A stretch of DNA of 64,000 nucleotides from Eledone cirrhosa. Taxonomy: Eukaryota. Position numbers and translations under genes: made by a program. The DNA is taken from positions 64,976,001 through 65,040,000 of the forward strand of contig OZ024744.1 in NCBI GenBank assembly GCA_964016885.1, written 5' to 3'. Below the pieces are notes generated by a model, which was not told where the DNA came from, did no database searches, and was given only the letters and a program-made list of their open reading frames with translations. Shown piece by piece: positions 60,498-64,000 of this stretch; position 1 is the stretch's first letter; every line of letters starts with the position of its first letter.

Positions 60498-60789
60498 ATA
60501 TATATGTACGTATTGGTTTACCGAGTATTTATTATAATGTTCGGTTTGTTTGTAAACAAACAGTCCGAATTAAGCCGTACAGTGTTCGGCAACCATCGTT
60601 GCCCTTTTGTTCAACACTGACAAAGGAACGATGCTTTCGGTAAACCCATATGTACATATATATATGTGTGCATGTATGTATGTATATACATACTACTGTA
60701 CGTCTGTATACATATATGTATGTACGTATACATACTTATATTTAAGTATCAGCCGTACTAAGAGTGAGAAATGAAATTTCATTTTTTTC

Positions 60790-60840
<51 letters not shown>

Positions 60841-61182
60841 ATATAAATATATATATATATATAATAAATTTGAAGACTAATATATATATATATAATAATA
60901 AATTTGAAGACTAAAATCCAAAGAGGGCTCGATAAGGATAAATATATATCAGATATATAAGAACCGTAGAGCAAATATTTATTAAAATAACAGATTAAAG
61001 TTTAAGCAAAGAATCGCTGCTTTCACCTTTAACGGGGTCTTCTGAAACTAAAAAAGTCAATCTGTGAACGCAGAAGTACATATTTCAAAAAACGTTGCAA
61101 CCGAAGGAAGACAGGAAGATGATACTTTGGTTCGTGAAAACGTTCCCACATCAAGACGTAAATTATCCATGTATACTTCGTA

Positions 61183-61788
61183 CTATCCGTTAGGGTATAA
61201 TGTGGGGCTGTAATACAGGAAAGTGTTGTGCAATTTATGTTTACAAGCCGAAATTGCCTCAGATTTTTTGTTTAAGATGTTGTCTTTGGCGTAGAGTATT
61301 TCCAGGACCTCAGTGGCGCAAAGGTCACATGGTCTTTTATTTCCGTTATACGATCTAGCCTTAGCTAGGATCTCCCAGTGTAACTTATATTGGGTGTGGT
61401 TGTCTTTTAGACTCCAGATATAAGCTGAAAGTGATGTCATATTCCTTCTTAAAGGGTTAAAAAAAGAATGAGTATGCATGTAAAGACGCTGCTTGAATCT
61501 ATTGGCGGTTAACCCTATGTAGGCCCTACAGGACGTGGGTGTTTCAATCTTACATTTGTAGACAATGTTACTAGAGAGGCATTTCCCGGATAGGGAGCAG
61601 TCAACCCGATTCCTACAATTACAGTTAGCACTAGCTACAGGGTTGCACGTGTTCCTACGGCTAGGTAATTTAGCTAAATTTGAAGCTGTGATGATATGAG
61701 CAAGGTTAGGAGTCGTAGAGTAAGAAATTTTAATGGTATTTCTATTAAAAATTTTACTATATTTATGTGCTGGGGGGAAATGCTTCAT
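61183..61788 (-). pseudogene. GIY-YIG endonuclease domain of the Penelope-like element
   Basis: KHFP..KIFNRNTIKISYS, CNCRNRVDCSLSGKCL, IVYKC..AYIGLTANRFKQR..H, CDLCATE..LNKKSE..CKH. Confidence 0.92.
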
Positions 61789-61947
61789 AATAAGGAAGAG
61801 AAAGGTCTTAGCTTATGGTGTGGCCACCTCCATATTATATGGTGGTTTATACCATATAATGCGCCGGGATCTATTTTTCCTAGGTCTATTCTCGTACTCT
61901 GTATAAGCTACCTTATCGACAAATCCACTCCGAGCAAGAGTTTCATT

Positions 61948-63072
61948 CTAATATGTGGAATGGTCGGTGAAAATATGCTCGTTTGTAGATAGACGGGAAA
62001 GCCTCAAAGAAACGTTTCTTACCAGGTTCTTGGTTATGCTAGCAGGATGGTTAGAATGCTTACTTATGTAATTAAGCGTATCATTCGGCTTTCTATACGG
62101 GTAGTGCAAGCCATTCGACAGATTGAGGGTAACGTCGAGGTAATTAACGACCGAGAGGTTAGCTTCAACCTGTATGGAGAGGTTGAAGCCTTTAAAGAAG
62201 GCTGTGAGTTCTTTTCTGAACCTGTCGCAAGCACGTGGGCCGCACTTTGTCATGGTCAAAAGACCATCGTCATGGTACAAACCACCCCCTACATTGGGGA
62301 ATTCTTCCTTGATAGAGAAAAGAAGGAAAAGGCTGATAAGATCCGTAACCTCCGCAGAATCGCTGGCGCCCATACTCGCATCGAATGGGGTACTATTAGA
62401 TTTTTTAATCCAAATATAATTGTCGAAATTAATCACCGACTTACAGGCATTGAGGATGACATCAACTTCAAAATCCTTAACCACTGTGAGTGTTTTAGCA
62501 AAATTGATAGCTCTGAGAAGAAGTGGTAAAGTGATGGAGGAGTAGTAATTATTGATGTCGAATTGGTTAAAATGGCAATATTCCTTGTTGCATATGCCGT
62601 TGAACCAATCAATCACCGTGTAAGAATTGTTTCACAGTGCAAGAGGGGCCAAACTTCTAATTTCAGGTATAATTCTATTTAAAATCCTTTTACTAAGTCT
62701 ACCTAATCGGACTTCGTAGGGTTAATAAGCCGAATAGAGGGGTTGTTCGGGAAGTTGGATTTGTGATCCTTCAGGGTAAAGTGGGGAGAAATAGGGTCCA
62801 GAGGTTCAGTTCGGTCCAGGATGTTGAGATCAGAGGTGATTTAAAACCCAGCATCATTGATTTCATTAATGACGCTCCGATTGGTTTTCCGGTAATCCTT
62901 AGTTACAGCATTATGTAGCAGTTGATGGTAAGTACTGCGCTCCACTTGATATAGATCGGCAGTTTTGTCAGAGTGGACATGCACAGCATTAGAATCCTTA
63001 ATAGAACGAATTCTATTCTTCAGGTCCTGCTGGAAGGAATGCTCCTTCCGAAATTTGATACTGGAACTGATA
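61948..63072 (-). pseudogene. Penelope-type reverse transcriptase, interrupted by stops and a frameshift
   Basis: SDKTADLY, FTLKDHKSNF..RLINPTKS, FDINNYYSSI, MGASDSAEV, LYHDDG, VNYLDVTL, YRKP..SNHP. Confidence 0.92.
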
Positions 63073-63298
63073 CGGAGTATATATATTAATAAAAATAGTA
63101 ATAATAATAAGTGTGAAGACTAAATTCCAAAGAGGGTTCGATAAGGATAAATATATATCAAATATATAAGAACCCTAGAGCAAATATTTATTAAAATAAC
63201 AGATTAAAGTTAAAGCAAAGAATCGCTGCTTTCACCCTTAATGGGTGAAAGAAGCAGCGATTCTTTGCTTAAACTTTAATCTGTTATTTTAATAAATA

Positions 63299-63329
<31 letters not shown>

Positions 63330-63479
63330 AATATATATATTGCAAGGTTTTTGATATGAAATCGTGTGTTGAAACAAATATTGTTATACTTGGGGAGGGT
63401 CATATTGTTGTAATATTGTATGTATGTATGCATGTAAATATGTATGTATATATTATATCATCTTGGTTAAGAGAGTGGG

Positions 63480-63748
63480 ACTGGCTTTGTGCAGTGCCTT
63501 TGCTCACTATAAAAGCTTCACGGCACAGGCATTGCTTTATATCTGGAGATCTCTCTGCACTTGTCATTACATGGTACCATGGGCCCAGCACTATGTGTCA
63601 ATAATTGTCACAAGTCTAGTGTTTGTACCAGAGTTTTCAAGCCGCTGGCTGGACTAAAAAGTCACACTCGTTCAGCACATCGGTAGGGGTTCTCCTACAT
63701 GGATATAAAGTAGTGGCCGTACTCGAAAACGAGTTGGCAGCCACCATA
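63480..63748 (+). mobile_element. Probable RTE LINE 3' end with a degenerate C2H2-like finger
   Basis: [22 protein letters not shown]-stop, a short UTR, then (TA)n. Confidence 0.45.
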
Positions 63749-63828
63749 TATTATATATGTCTGTATATATATCTATATATTCATATATAAACACATATAT
63801 ATTTACATATATGCATATATATACATAG

Positions 63829-63974
<146 letters not shown>

Positions 63975-64000
63975 ATAAATATATATAACAAAGGAAGTGT

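Larger units (their letters stand above)
60905..63299 (-). mobile_element. Penelope-like retroelement (Naiad-type architecture), 5'-truncated, flanked by direct pseudo-LTR copies
   Basis: RT and C-terminal GIY-YIG on the minus strand. Direct repeats 60905-61035 and 63114-63246, with a fold-back at 63246-63299. Confidence 0.9.

Noticed and set aside
61005-61050. Hammerhead in the Naiad terminal repeat (CAGAAGA..GAAAGCAGC)
   Set aside because: The position is suggestive, but the core is mutated and stems I/III cannot be assigned, so it is not called.
62047-62529. 160-aa plus-strand ORF
   Set aside because: Antisense shadow of the RT ORF with no recognisable motif. The same applies to 57408-57803 opposite gag and 37369-37710 opposite the RTE.
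62632-62634. In-frame TGA in the Penelope RT as possible selenocysteine
   Set aside because: It sits at the conserved Trp of the (Q)W-x-N..VIxWF motif (TGG to TGA). The copy has other stops and frameshifts, and I see no SECIS.

Overview
Eukaryotic, AT-rich, repeat-saturated genomic DNA, most likely from a cephalopod (octopus-like). That attribution is inferred from the SINE families and microsatellite load and was not verified. I can support no host protein-coding gene, rRNA, tRNA or CRISPR array. Positions 1-19.4 kb are a nearly C-free (G/T-strand) satellite of ~62-71 bp monomers with nested higher-order duplications (6780 bp and 1450 bp offsets). The remaining 45 kb is a layered transposon landscape. 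It holds decayed RTE LINEs (two with a PHD-type finger inside the RT), R4/Dong-like RLE LINEs ending on (CATA)n, a 3'-truncated Ty3/Gypsy-like LTR element and a pseudogenised Naiad-type Penelope-like element (RT + GIY-YIG). It also holds two tRNA-derived SINE families, hAT and piggyBac MITEs, a non-autonomous Helitron, a 13-bp minisatellite and many microsatellites. The most notable signals are four. (i) Several distinct minimal hammerhead-ribozyme motifs sit in short Penelope-type terminal repeats lodged in (TA)n tracts and often folded back into inverted repeats. (ii) One SINE family inserts at ATTA/TAAT microhomology, with a three-hit hotspot whose order can be read from nested TSDs. (iii) Near-perfect palindromes recur at retroelement truncation points. 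(iv) The RLE LINEs show apparent (CATA)n targeting. All alignments and folds were done by eye.
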